Of a stretch of 64,000 nucleotides of DNA, positions 27,320-40,652 are shown piece after piece. The notes beneath the pieces were generated by a model. That model saw nothing but the letters and a program-made list of their open reading frames with translations. It was not told the DNA's origin and made no database searches. Source of the DNA: Eledone cirrhosa (lineage: Eukaryota); the NCBI GenBank assembly GCA_964016885.1, contig OZ024747.1:45384001-45448000 (forward strand), written 5' to 3'. Positions within the stretch are counted from its first letter, which is position 1; every line of letters starts with the position of its first letter. Made by a program: the position numbers and the translations under genes.

Positions 27320-28876
27320 AGTTTTGCGAGGTTTTTGATATGAAATCGTGTGTCGAAACAAATATTGTTATACCCTTCCAAACACCCTAACAATAGACTA
27401 CCTGTATTAGACACGGAACTCTGGATTAACATTATAGACGAGAGAGCCCAAATTGTCCACTCACACTATGCTAAATCCATGCCCTCCAAATATCTAATAG
27501 TCAAAACCTCAGCAATCTCCAGTAGTGCTAAGTTTAATATTCTGATCGCATACCTAGTACGAGTGATGAAGAACGTGTCCAGCATGTGCAACCCAACAGA
27601 AATGGAAAGACACATCCAACACTTCATCAACCGCATGCAGTTCTCTGGCTACAACCAAAGAGACAGAATCAGAGTATACAAAGGAGCCACGGAGAAGTAT
27701 AAGACCCTCATAGAACTGGACATGAAAGGAATTTGCCCATTATACAGGAGCAAATCATAGAATAGCTTAGATAGGGTTAGACATAAGATAGGGAAAGCCA
27801 CCTCATGGTACGACAACCAGAGATACCAGAGTGTCATGTTTGTGGACGCTACCCCTGGAGGGAAATTAGCTAACCAGTGTAGAAAGGCCCTGAGAAAGAC
27901 CCACTTAAAGATTAAGGTGGTAGAAAATCCAGGAACCACCATAAAATCCCTGATCAGCAAAACCTACCCTTTTAAGAAAACCCACTGTACTAATAGGAAA
28001 TGTATCATATGTAAACCGGATAAACTGTAAAACTAGAAACGTAGTCTATAGCATAAGATGTACAGAGGGTACCTGCAGAAACATGACAACAACATACATA
28101 GGCGAGACAGCTTGTAGCATAGGTGAAAGGATAGACCAACACCGGGAGGAACTAAACGGACGAAAAAACGGTTCAGTACTATACGAATATGCCAGACAAC
28201 AACACGACGGTAACATAGACAACATAGAAATTAGAATAATATCTAAACATAGAAATGACCCAGCAGATAGGCAAATCAGAGAGGCCAGTGAAATAGAACT
28301 TAGAAGGCCAAGGTTAAACAGAAAAAATGAATGGAATAACAACACCACCAAACAAACAACACTGACCTAAGAGAAGTATAAATAAATAAATAAATAGATA
28401 AATAAATAAATACATACACAAGCACAATAACAACAAACACATATAAACACACACTAGTAAAGATAGAATACATTAACCAATACACAGTCACACAATCACG
28501 AACACACATCAAACAAAACACTATACACACACGCAAACGCATGCGCAAAGAAGACAAAAAATAAATAAATACATATATAAACAGACTAAATAAAGATGGC
28601 GTAGAAAATACAATGCAACGGGAGGAAACAATAGCACCACTGACGATGTTGCAGATGTGCAACGAAAGAACTTTGATAGACTATATATATGTGTCTGTGT
28701 CTATATTCTATCTGTATTTTTTACCGTTGGTCAGTCAATGGCAACATTGAGGACCGAATAAATTAAATTAACCGATATAAAAGACACAGAAGCGAAAACC
28801 AACCAAACAGTGAATGTGTTCTGTTATTAATTCTGGCAATATTACACAATATCACCCTCCCCAAGTATAACAATAT
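27320..28876 (+). mobile_element. 5'-truncated Penelope-like element (RT C-terminus, Cys linker, GIY-YIG endonuclease, pseudo-LTR), possibly Neptune-like
   Basis: LPVLD..HY.K..SGY (27350-27760); FVDATPGG..PF..C..CIIC linker; YIGET..R..QH..R.I.EA..I..P.LN (28083-28370); 27321-27372 is an inverted copy of the pLTR end seen at about 60025-60077; (TA)n on both sides. Confidence 0.88.
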
Positions 28877-28894
28877 ATATATATATATATATAT

Positions 28895-29699
28895 GTAAGT
28901 ATGCATGTATACGTACATACATATATGTATACGTACATACATATATGTATACAGACGTACAGTAGCATGCACATATATATATATATATATATACATATAT
29001 ACATACATATGCATACAGGTACACATACATATATGCACGTATCAGTTTAGCGGCGCTAACGTCGCTTTGTTCGTTTGTAAACAAACTGAACAGCCTGAAT
29101 TTATGCCATACGGTGTTAAGGCAACCACGTCACCTTTTTGTTCAACACTGACACAGGAACGATGTACTAGTTTCAAGCTTGTTAGCTATCATCAGCACCG
29201 TTTACCCATCTGCCAGATAGTTGAACGTTCGAAAGTATATACTTTCCTTATGAAAATTAACGGCTGAGCAGCCTAATTTGCATATTGAGTGAGTTAAATC
29301 GGTCAGGCATACCGAAAACGATAAATTGAAACAAAATGAAAACGAAATTTCATTTCTCACTCTTAGTATGGCACTTACTTAAATGTAAGTATGCATGTAT
29401 ACGTACATACATATATGTATACAGACGTACAGTAGCATGCACATATATATATATATATATATATACATATATACATACATATGCATACAGGTACACATAC
29501 ATATATGCACGTATCAGTTTAGCGGCGCTAACGTCGCTTTGTTCGTTTGTAAACAAACTGAACAGCCTGAATTTATGCCTTAACACCGTATGGCATAAAT
29601 TCAGGCTGTTCAGTTTGTTTACAAACGAACAAAGCGACGTTAACGCCGCTAAACTGATACGTGCATATATGTATATGTACCTGTATGCATATGTATGTA

Positions 29700-29739
<40 letters not shown>

Positions 29740-29852
29740 CATGCTACTGTACGTCTGTATACATATATGTATGTACGTATACATGCATACTTACATTTAA
29801 GTAAGTGCCATACTAAGAGTGAGAAATGAAATTTCGTTTTCATTTTGTTTCA

Positions 29853-29857
<5 letters not shown>
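28895..29857 (-). mobile_element. Hammerhead-containing non-coding element: about 488-bp unit, partial tandem repeat plus an inverted arm
   Basis: 28895-29108 recurs from about 29383; 29324-29579 and 29592-29856 are near-perfect inverted repeats; TA-flanked. Confidence 0.85.
29160..29200 (-). ncRNA. Minimal type I hammerhead ribozyme
   Basis: CGGTG-CTGATGA-tAGCT aaca AGCTt-GAAA-CTAG-TA^-CATCG; palindromic stem III ACTAGT as in PLE minimal HHRs. Confidence 0.8.
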
Positions 29858-29900
<43 letters not shown>

Positions 29901-29904
<4 letters not shown>

Positions 29905-30054
29905 TAAAATAACAGATTAAAGTCTAAGCAAAGAATCGCTGCTTGCACACTTAACGGAATCTTCTGATTATTTGCTCTACAGCTTTTATATATTTGATAT
30001 ATATTTATCCTTATCGAGCCCTCTATGGATTTTAGTCTTCAAATTTATTATTAT

Positions 30055-30060
<6 letters not shown>
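29901..30060. repeat. Dispersed TA-embedded repeat (inverted copy at 59283-59432)
   Basis: TTATTAAAATAACAGATTAAAG..TTATCCTTATCGAGCCCTCT..GGATTTTAGTCTTCAAATTTATTATTATTAC is present in opposite orientation at 59283-59432. Confidence 0.8.
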
Positions 30061-30103
<43 letters not shown>

Positions 30104-30109
<6 letters not shown>

Positions 30110-30328
30110 TATGTATACGTACATACTTATGTTTACAAACACACCGAGCATTATAATAAATGTTCGGTGAATCCATACGTACATATATATGTGTGTGCAT
30201 GTATGTATATATATATACATACTACTGTACGTCTGTATACATATATGTATGTACGTATACATACTTATATTTAAGTAACAGCCGTACTAAGAGTGAGAAA
30301 TGAAATTTCGTTTCATTTTTTCCGTTCA
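30104..30328 (+). mobile_element. Short TA-embedded sister element with an inverted 5' end
   Basis: Homologous to 22232-22795 and about 29740-29850; 30104-30126 is an inverted repeat of 30247-30269. Confidence 0.7.
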
Positions 30329-31962
30329 TATATATATATATATATATAATGAAAAATTGAACAGGGACAGAACAGAGAGGCAGTACGATAAATGTTTATT
30401 AAATTCACGTTCAGGAGAGTGGGGGATAGGAGGGGGACGACGTTTTAGGCGATTCCTGGACCAGGCGATGCGTTATGTCCGTGAGCAAGACACTTTATTT
30501 CATGTTGCTCCTTCTACCTGCAGTTGCGACCGATAGATAGTATTAGCAATTGGAAAGACTAACCGAAACATTGTTTCCTCGGTTCGATTTGACGAAAGTC
30601 GATCGTTCCTAGATATATATATATATATATCAGAGACATACCAAATGAGTCGTCAAAGTTGACTGTAGGCTAAAATATTATTTATTAAATATGTGAAGTG
30701 CTTACTATTTTGAAGGTAGGCAATTACAGTTAAATATGCCTGTCAAACTTAGCATAACTTTATTATACATACGCGCATGTTAGGTGTTTAGCTCTATAAT
30801 ATAATATATATTAATGAAAGCAAAGGCAGAATATGTTCCGACTATTTGCTTACTCTGAATATAATGTGGTATGAGGAACAATAATTGCCATTTATCCATA
30901 TTTTACATTTGTTAATGAATCATTTAAATGTATCATAACATATCTTAAACATACCTACATATTTATATGTTGGGAGAGAATTTACTGATATTTCTAGCAC
31001 AGTGGTACCTCCCTCATGCTATCTATAAAAAGGAAATGAAATATTATTTCAGCTCTTGCTCAATCCACCCCCTCTCTAACTAACTCAAACCTTTCTACTT
31101 TTTATTTTATTTATTGTCTGTCAGTCTGACATATGACGCCCTCCTTCTCCCTCTCTCTCTACCTTTTTTCTATCGTTCTGTATATGTAGCAAAATCTCTT
31201 CACATATACTGACCCCCCCGCCCCCCCGACGAATGACATCTGGCTGCTATTTCTCTTTATCTTAGGTTGGTGTCAGTGGTCTGGAGAGACTGGCCAACAT
31301 GAGGTTAAATGAGATAAGATTTTTGGGGGGACATTCCACTTTAGTTCCTTGGAAGAGAAGGATCACTTCGTGTTGCTCAAGCAAATAGCGAGATGTAGCA
31401 CTTAGCAAACAATCTCCAGCCCTCTTGACAAGAGCCCAACAGCAATTCTACCATTACCACTTCAACCACATTCAGTCATCTACCACTTCATATAGACAAC
31501 ACAGCTTCCTTGCCACTGCACATTTACTACTACCTATGCTGGTGCATATTGTCTGACTATAATATATTTTTTTCCTTTTTGCTGAAGTGAAGTAAAATTA
31601 TATATTGAACAAGAATTATTGGTATTTGTCATGTTTATTATCCTTTTCCACAATAACCCCAAAACTTCACTTCATATATATACCGGGGTACTGAAAAGTT
31701 CATGTCTTAAGGGTATCGTGAAAGGGTAGAGCTGTTAGCTTTACAGGCATGGTATCATCATTCCTCATTTCAACATCATTTCATTTTACGTCCACTTTAC
31801 CCTGCTTGCAAGGGTGGGACGGGAACTGATTCTGGCTTGATTTCTACAGCTGGATGCCCTTCCTAACACCAACCTCATTTACAGTGAGTGCTGGGTGCTT
31901 TATTGCCGTGGCACCTCCACGACCACTTTGCAGTGGAATGATAGGGGCTCCAGTCCCTATCA

Positions 31963-32106
31963 TCTCATTTCTACAGCTGAGTAAACTAGAGCAATGTGAA
32001 ATAAAGTGTCTTGCTCAAGGAAACAACACATCACCCAGTCTGAGAATTGAACTCACAACCTTTCGATTGCAAGACCAATGTTCTAACCACTAAGCCATGT
32101 GCCTCC
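31963..32106 (-). mobile_element. CORE-like tRNA-derived SINE
   Basis: Reverse-complement head GGCACATGGCTTAGTGGTTAGA..GTGAGTTCAATTC, then TTGAGCAAGACACTTTATTTCACATTGCTC. Confidence 0.75.
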
Positions 32107-32191
32107 ATCGAGAAAGCAGAAATAACAAAACAAATTGCACAGAACATGGAAGAAATATATTAGTTTAATGTTTGAAATAGCTTAAAGTGAG

Positions 32192-32227
32192 TCTTAGCGT
32201 TTCAGAAACTAGTCCTTCATCAGAAGA
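32192..32227 (-). ncRNA. Degenerate minimal hammerhead in a pLTR-like remnant
   Basis: TCTT-CTGATGA-AGGA ctagt TTCT-GAAA-CGC-TA-AGA. Confidence 0.5.
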
Positions 32228-32732
32228 TATAGTTAGAAATAAAAGATGAATAGAATATAATAGTTATGAGAGAAAGGAACGGGGAAAATGAAAAGAAAAA
32301 AACACACAGATGCGTATTCAATCAGCCAGTATATATGTATGTATAAATGTATGTATATATGTATGTATATATGTATATATGTATGTATATATGTATATAT
32401 GTATATATGTAGGTATATATATATATTTATAAATGTATGTATATACATAAATGTATGCATATATATATTTATATATTTATGTATATATGTATATATATAT
32501 GTATATATGTATGTATATATATAAATGCATATATATATATATGTGTGTGTGTGTGTATTTATATATGTATGTGTATTTATGCATGTATATATATATATGT
32601 GTGTGTTTATATATGATATATGTATGTGTATATATATATGTATATATATAAATGTATGCATATATATATGTATGTATACATATATATATGTGTATGTTTA
32701 CACACATATACAGATTATATATATATATAATT

Positions 32733-32765
<33 letters not shown>

Positions 32766-32864
32766 GTACATATACATATATATATAATTAGATATATATG
32801 TATATATATATGTGTATGTATGTATCTGTGTGTTTGTACATATATATACATACATATCTATCTA

Positions 32865-32901
<37 letters not shown>

Positions 32902-35900
32902 AGAGATATACATATATATGTATATATATTCATTTACGTATTTGTTTATTTCAAAAAATTAACAAAAGTATTTTTCTAGTGAAATACTAATAATACAAAT
33001 GAAGAAAAAAAACATATTATAAAGAAGAAAATTGAAAATGAAATGAAGAATGTATTTCCATAAAATATTTGCAATTTAACTTAGTGTGCTGCAAAAGAAA
33101 TGGTATATTAGTCAATGTGGAAGAAACCTAGTCGAATGTAAAAAGAATATATTAAAGATCTTCAGACAGTCACCCATGCATAAAACAAGACTGATATATG
33201 TATAAATTGTTGTCCAGTCAAACATAAGGTTTTTATCTATCCAATCTGTTATTAAAATTAAATTTTCTTCTGTACAAAAATGTATTTTATTTCTTTGTTA
33301 TTTTTGTAACATTTTTATTTTATTTTAAAGTTTATGTGGGCGAAGGTGGTGGTGTTATCGTTTGAAGTATAAGAAGAATTTTAAAATGCTCTTTGATTTA
33401 TGAAAAAAAAAACCCTAGAAAAAAAACAAGTGTTAGCAGCAACATTCCGCCATCCTCTTCTTAATTCCTTAACACCCTCCCCCCGGTCCACCACTCTGTG
33501 CCTCAAAAGAGGTTTGTTAGGGGAAAAAGTGTCTTTAATTATAATCTAAAACATTGTTATTTTTTCTGAATCACTTTAAAATATCAGCTCATGATTATCA
33601 TATTCAATGGCAATTTAGATAGTTGAGTGTCATCAAGGCTAAAATGTAATTTATAGCATTAATAAAGATCTGCTACCTCAATGATGCCAAATAAATATTA
33701 GTTTTCCTCAACCTTCATCATAGTCTCCATTGCTATGTGTTTATGAAGTTTTCTTTGCAATCAAACTCTCATGGGTTCAATCCCTTTGCTGTGGAGCTCC
33801 TTGATTATGTGTCTCTGTTACCATTATTAATCTTGATTGATGCTTTATATGTGAAATTGTGCTGACAGAAACTGTGCTAAAATTCTGATGAAGCAAACTA
33901 ATTATCAAACGCATTTCTGTTGTGACCTTCCCTCATTTCAGCTGGCAAGAATTGATTTGAAGATGATTTGGCTGTTATTTCTATCAAGTAGAACCACCAT
34001 TCTGATATTTCCTCAATGATGTGTGCAGTTTAGGAGACATTTGGCTGCTTTTTCCAATAACTTCTATCATTAACTCAAAAAGCAAGTCTTAAATCTGTGT
34101 AGTAACAGATATTATTTCATTTTAAAATGAATGTGAATACTCCAGTAAACAACGTAGTTACTATCTGAGTTTATTGTCAGAAATGTTTGTAAAAGATAAT
34201 TGTCCAAAATTAACTCTTAACATTGGTAATTCAAATGGATAGATTGTTTTGAAAATTTCCTGCATTAGTGAAAAGATTTTTATTTTTAATGTGTTGTTTA
34301 GTACTTTTCAAGAATGTCTTGCTAATACGGTTTGTTAATTCAAATATTTACAGTATCTGGCCAGATTTTTGTAAAACTTTGCTGTTAGTGTAAAGACGTC
34401 AATTTTTAATAAGATGCAGTCATAGTATTGTTTCAAAATTTTTCAAGAATATCTTGCTAATGAGGTTTCATGCAGGTTATTAATTCAAATGTTTATAGTA
34501 GCTTTATTAGTGACAGATTGTTCTGAAAATTTGCAATATAAGTTTGAACATCTTAATTTCTAATGTTAAGCAATCATAGTATCATTTGGTACTTTTCAAG
34601 AATGACTTGCTTTTGCAATTTTATGTAGTACAGGGCATTAAGTATTACAATTTATATTGAGGATATATAGGTTAGTAGTTGAGATGGAAAATATGGGCAT
34701 ACATGGAAGTGTTTATAGATGTAACTATGAAGGAAGGAGGTTTACTCAAAGTTTTTATTTATGAAGTAAGTGAAGTTATACCAACCAGGTAGACATATGT
34801 TTCTATGTTTAGATAGAATATAAAATTTGGGTCATAGCTGAATGGTTAGGATGGTCAACTCGTGATTGTAAGGTCATGAATTTGGTTTCTAGAAGCATAC
34901 TGTGTCTTTGAACAAAACACTTTATTTTACATTGCTGCATACTAGGACTGTATTATCTAATCTTTCCTTTTATTTTGCAAATAAGGTGTTATTTGTGAGA
35001 GAATTTTCTATTATTTCAAACAGTTTGCATGACCACATAGAACTTCCTTTGTTGTCTCAGTATATGTGTATTAAAGTGATTTACAAGAATTATTGTAAGA
35101 GGTAAGCATGTGTAGGTAGTAAAAATAGGATGTTGTACATATGTTTTACTGAGGTATGTAATGTCTGCATTTTACTACTGTTTAATAGGACTAATTTATT
35201 AAGTTTCTATTGGAATATATTCCTAAGCTCTTTTTTATGACGATTTTCCATACTAAAAGGAGACATTGAAAATCGTCTGTGTTGTGAAGGTTGGGAGAGA
35301 GTGATATCATCTGACAAAAAGAGTATTTTAAAATGAACTAATTAACAAAGAGAATGCAAGGATACCTGTGTTACTCCTGTTGAGATAGAGCATGAGTTAG
35401 ACAGATCTTTGTTATGATAGATTGATGGGACGGGTTATTAAGAATCATTTTATATAGGTGAGCAGTAACAAGGGAAGCAGACTGGTTATGGATATATGAA
35501 AGGATTTAATGCTTGTTCTTTTTGAATGAGTTACTAATGTCAATGGCAATACCTTTATTTTAACTAAAGTTCTCATGAACAAAAAACAGTGCATGTAGCA
35601 AAAGAGACAACATGAGTGTATTTTGTAGTAGCAAAATATTAAACTGCACAATGTCAGCAGTTTAATATTTCTTACAGTGAGTACCGTCCCAGCATTGAGA
35701 TGTTGGAATTATGAAAAATTGTAATATTAGAAGAAAATATTGAAAGCATGCTAAAGTTTCTTTGGAATTGTTGTATGTTTTCAAATATCTGTCCTTTTAT
35801 AACTACTGACAAAAGCTTTCTCTACTAAATAACGTTAGAATTATATACATCGAGAATTTTTTCATACTTGTAATATATTACAATTGTCTTATAGCAATGA

Positions 35901-37943
35901 TTTATTTTTGTTTTGTTTATCTCTAAAGATTCAAATTTTGGTCTTCTGGAACAAACATTGTACAAGAAAAATTAAAGAAATACTAGTGAGGTATAAATTT
36001 ATTGCTGACTAATCTGATGAAAGAAGAAAACAATTATCATCAAACTAATTTCGGAATAGGTTTTTAGTTTTTCTTTCAACATTCTGATAAAAACAGAAAA
36101 ACACAAGAATCAATAAAAGATGGTAAATTACTAAATTGGATATTTTGCTAGCTTACAAACATTCCTTACTTTAATTGTTGACAATTATTTTGGAACGGAA
36201 AAGTGGAAAAAAAAATCACATTTATTTATTTTTATTTCATTTTGTTTTTATGTCAATCAGACTTGAATAATCACATTGAAGGGTAGAAAAAAGAAAAGAA
36301 AGAAACACATGAAAGAAAAGTTGAGACAAAATATTTGATTTTCAAAAAAAATATATATTGTAAAAATGTTTCAACTTATTCTATAGAAAATCATTTTTGA
36401 ATTGTATAATGGGGAGAAAAAAATAAAAAAATCTCTATGTAAACAGCTGATTTATTATTATTTTTCTCTTTAGAAAACGATTTTAAAATACCTTTAAGAA
36501 TTCTCTTAGAATTGTCTTGTTTCACTGAAATATAATTCTACACTATATAAAATGTTATATATGTATTATTGTTATAAAGCTATTGTGCTTCAGTACTATA
36601 TATAAGAGGTCATTACCTGTCTAATATAAACAACATTTTGACAATGAATGCTATAATAGTGATAGAGAAACAATACACTACATACAACTACACAGAATTT
36701 CTTGTTAAAATTCAGTGCTAGAACTGAAGGACTTAAAAGAGATAATTACTTTTACATTTTCCACAATTAGTGATTCATTGGTAGATAAAAATAAATAAAT
36801 AAATAATATAAGCTAAATTAAAATAAATCATTAGTATGTAAAAAATAAAATTCTGAATAGATTGTTGTAGATAAATAATACAGTTTTTAATCAATAGTTC
36901 TTTAAATGAGTCATTCAACTAAAATTTAAAGTCATTGATCACACACACATACACATAATATATACATAAAAAATCTAAATTTCTAACAAAGTAGAAACTA
37001 AGAAAAATTAAAATCCTACTTTAAATATAATTCAACATTTGATAATAGCATTCAAGAACACAAAAAAGAAAGGAAAAGTCATATGATTTTAAAATTTTGG
37101 ATTCAAAAAAATTGAAAATACCTTATTTCATATGATATATATGTATTTTTTGTACTTCTCTCAAGAAAAAGTGAAATGAGAACAAACGCTATTAAAAATA
37201 TAAACAAAACAAAAATATCAAGTTTGAATGAGGTTTCAACAATGTAAAGAGAAAGCCAGTGGAATTAGTGAATGTGTAGTAACAATGTTCTATGGAAGGT
37301 CTTTGTATTTCTATTATAGGAAGAATATTGTTCCTTTTAGTAAGTAAAGCACTTTTGGAGAAAATCAATTATTGAAATAAAAGATGAGATCATATTGTAT
37401 AAATTTACATATATGAAGTTAGACAGTTACTCAAGAAGCCATATAATATAAAATTATTGCAAAATATGTGGTTATTAATATTATTATTACTTCAGTAATC
37501 TTTTTTTATTTTCATTGGGTGCATTCATTGTACCTACAAATGCATCTCTGTGTACCTTGGGTAGGTACAGTTCTTTGTTGAAATGTTGTATTTTTTGGTG
37601 TACTCAAAGTATTCCATGTACGGGCTAGGTTTACTTTGTATGGTGTAGGTATTTAGTTCTTGGTGTTTTGGTTATATTTACACCTACATCTGTTTTAATA
37701 ATTCCATTTTCAATCATACATTCTGAGTATCCCTATTCATGTTCATTATACTTGGATAATCATCATCAACAACAGCACTTCTATGTTCTTGTGGGAGGGA
37801 GTGCACAGTATTGTTTACAGTAAATTATGTAGCTGTTTGCATTACATATTTATTGTTTTTATTCTATTATTATTGAACTTGTAGTAAAGTTTTAAACCAT
37901 TCTGTGGAATATATGTTGTGCATGTAATATGCATTATTGTATT

Positions 37944-38128
37944 GGTGGATTGGCAGTATCGGTAGAGGGTCGGACGCCATGCTTTGATGCATAGTTACGG
38001 CCCTTGCCATTCTGAGTTCAAATCCTGCCGAGGTTAACTTTGCCTTTCATCCTTACGGGGACGATAAAATAAAGTACCAGTAATGCACTGGGTTAATTGC
38101 TGGCCTTGTGCCAAAAGTAGAAACAATT
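37944..38128 (+). mobile_element. tRNA-derived SINE
   Basis: Family consensus; TSD ATTATTGTATT (37933-37943 and 38126-38136). Confidence 0.92.
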
Positions 38129-38951
38129 ATTGTATTATACAAAAGCAGACATATATGGGATGTATCCTGTGAAGGTTGAGTGTATCTTGTGGTGAATGGG
38201 TACCTGGCATAGTAACAGGTAGGTTTTGGACTGTATATTTACTTATGAGTTCTGGTATTGTGGTTATGTTTTTATCTTTTTTTTGTTTTGACATACTAAT
38301 TACATTAATTCTCATTAGTCTGATTTTTTTAAACCTCATATGCGACGTGACTCTCTAATTATTTATTTTATTTCACAGTTTAGTCAGAGCAGGAAGGACA
38401 GCACCCATAAACCTCTTGCTCAGTCTTTGAGTTAAGTAGGGAAGAATGAAAGGAAAAAACCACAATATCTTTGTTGCTGAAGTAGGCAGCAATGTATTGA
38501 AATACCAAGCTATATCAGACAAAACCTTGTCTGAATGATTGCAACGGGGTGAAATCTGCTAATAGAACCCCAGCCATTTTGCAATGTTATATATGCTTTT
38601 CATATGATATTCTGATTGATATACTGTTATATGTAGTCATCAACTTCTTTTATTCAGTCAATTCATGCATTGTTTTCATGTTTGATTCCTTTATCATTTA
38701 TACCTAGTAACTGCAATATACAACATGCAACATTTCAAATTGGTCATTTCAAATTACGATAACCCTCTTCCTTCATAAATAGTAGCTGCTTGGCATGGAA
38801 TAGAAGAAAATAGCAGTTATTTTTTAAAGATAAAATATGACTATAGCTGCCACTGAAGTATCCACCTGAATCAGGATTGTTCTCTGTTGCATGTTATTCT
38901 GTTGTTCTCAGGGGTATGTGAAAGCTTGATAGATGTGATACATATGTAAAT

Positions 38952-39137
38952 AATTGTTTCTACTTTTTGGCACAAGGCCAGCAATTACCCAGTGCATTAC
39001 TGGTACTTTATTTTATCGACCCCGTAAGGATGAAAGGCAAAGTCAACCTCGGCAGGATTTGAACCCAGATCGTAAAGGGACGTAACTATGCTGGAAAGCA
39101 TGGCGTCCGACCCTCTACCGATACTGCCAATCCACCG
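38952..39137 (-). mobile_element. tRNA-derived SINE
   Basis: Reverse-complement consensus; TSD GTAAATAAT on both sides. Confidence 0.92.
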
Positions 39138-39367
39138 TAAATAATGGACCTTAACTAAAGACATAGCTTTTGTTTAACAGAAAGTTTTGTGAGAATTTTT
39201 AATGTAATGAACAAAGAGACAGAAAAAGACAACAAAAACGATGGAATAAAATAATGCCCAGGCGTGAGAGAAAGTCAGTTATGTATTCACATCTGAGCAT
39301 TAAATTAATGCTCTCAATCTTGATTGTAATTCATCTTGATATTGTGGTTATTCCTGTCTTTTAATCT

Positions 39368-39473
<106 letters not shown>

Positions 39474-39665
39474 ACATAGAAATGGCTTCTACAGGACTAG
39501 CACTGTTTCATTCAGGAGAAATCATCAGGCTTCCTGATGATTTCTCCCGAATGAAACAATTCTAGTCCTGTAGAACCCATTTATATATTAAATATTTATA
39601 CTCTGCTATGTATTGAGTACCTTACTTACTGTGGTTACCCCCAATTGAAGCCAGGATAAACATAC
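39474..39665 (+). mobile_element. pLTR-like remnant: fold-back palindrome over a hammerhead core
   Basis: Inverted arms about 39476-39585 around CAGG-CTT-CCTG; the right arm has CTGATGA(39534)..GAAA(39553)..TA; (TA)n on both sides. Confidence 0.7.
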
Positions 39666-39689
39666 ATATATATATATATATATATATTT

Positions 39690-40215
39690 AAATTAATTTA
39701 TTTAAAAAATTTGTTTGAATCTTGCTTGCTATCTCATTTTTATAGTTCTGGTATGTCAAATTAATACCATATATCAACCACTGTACCATAGACACCCTAT
39801 ATATTTCCAGGGGTACTTAGTACCTGTGGTTATATTGATCTCCTTTTTATATATTCTCCTATGTGTAGAGAAAAAAATCCGTTGTTTTACTTAGCTGCTA
39901 TTATGAGTGGCATGATGGACAACACGTCTATGTTTGCTTCCGCTTCTACTAAGGGCTAGTTCATGTGTAGGTGATTCTACACTAGCTGGCAGAAGAAAAT
40001 ATATTTTGCCGTTCGTGGGACTTTACGTCCTATGTAGGGAAAATGCTTTCTGAAGAACCAAACTTTTCCATTAGAAGTCCCTCGGATTTCCAATCTTTTG
40101 TGAGGTGAAATCGTCGGTAAAAGCAAAAGGAATAGGTAAATATGTAAATTATATTTTTTAATTTATTAAAAAGAATTGTTTGAATCTTACTTGCTCCGCT
40201 TATCTCAATTTTATA
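39690..40215 (+). mobile_element. Retrozyme-like element, about 465-bp unit with a terminal direct repeat
   Basis: TGTTTGAATCTT.CTTGCT..ATCTCA.TTTTATA at about 39712 and 40177; HHR inside; TA-flanked. Confidence 0.7.
40044..40125 (+). ncRNA. Type I hammerhead ribozyme
   Basis: TGCTTT-CTGAAGA-ACC...GGT-GAAA-TCGTCGG-TA^-AAAGCA; perfect 6-bp stem I. Confidence 0.75.
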
Positions 40216-40526
40216 TATATATACTTATATATGTATGGGCAAAATGTGCACTCTAGTGTTTTTGTGAAGTAGTAACTACTGGTGCCATAATTAAAAGCAC
40301 CCAGCCCACTCTAAATTTACTATGCTGATGCCATGATGAAATGCATCCAGTACAAACTGTAAATTGGTTGGCACTAGGAGGGGCATCCAGCTATAGAACG
40401 TGGGCAAAAATGGAAGTGAGATATAGTTATCTGACATGTCTAGCTTCGGAATGTGACTACCTGTCTAACTCATGAAAGCATGGTAGATAAATTCAAGATG
40501 GCTATACAGATATATGAATGAATATA

Positions 40527-40584
<58 letters not shown>

Positions 40585-40652
40585 TCATCATCTTCATCAC
40601 AGTTTAACAAACATTTTCCACGCTATCATGATATATATATATATATATATAT

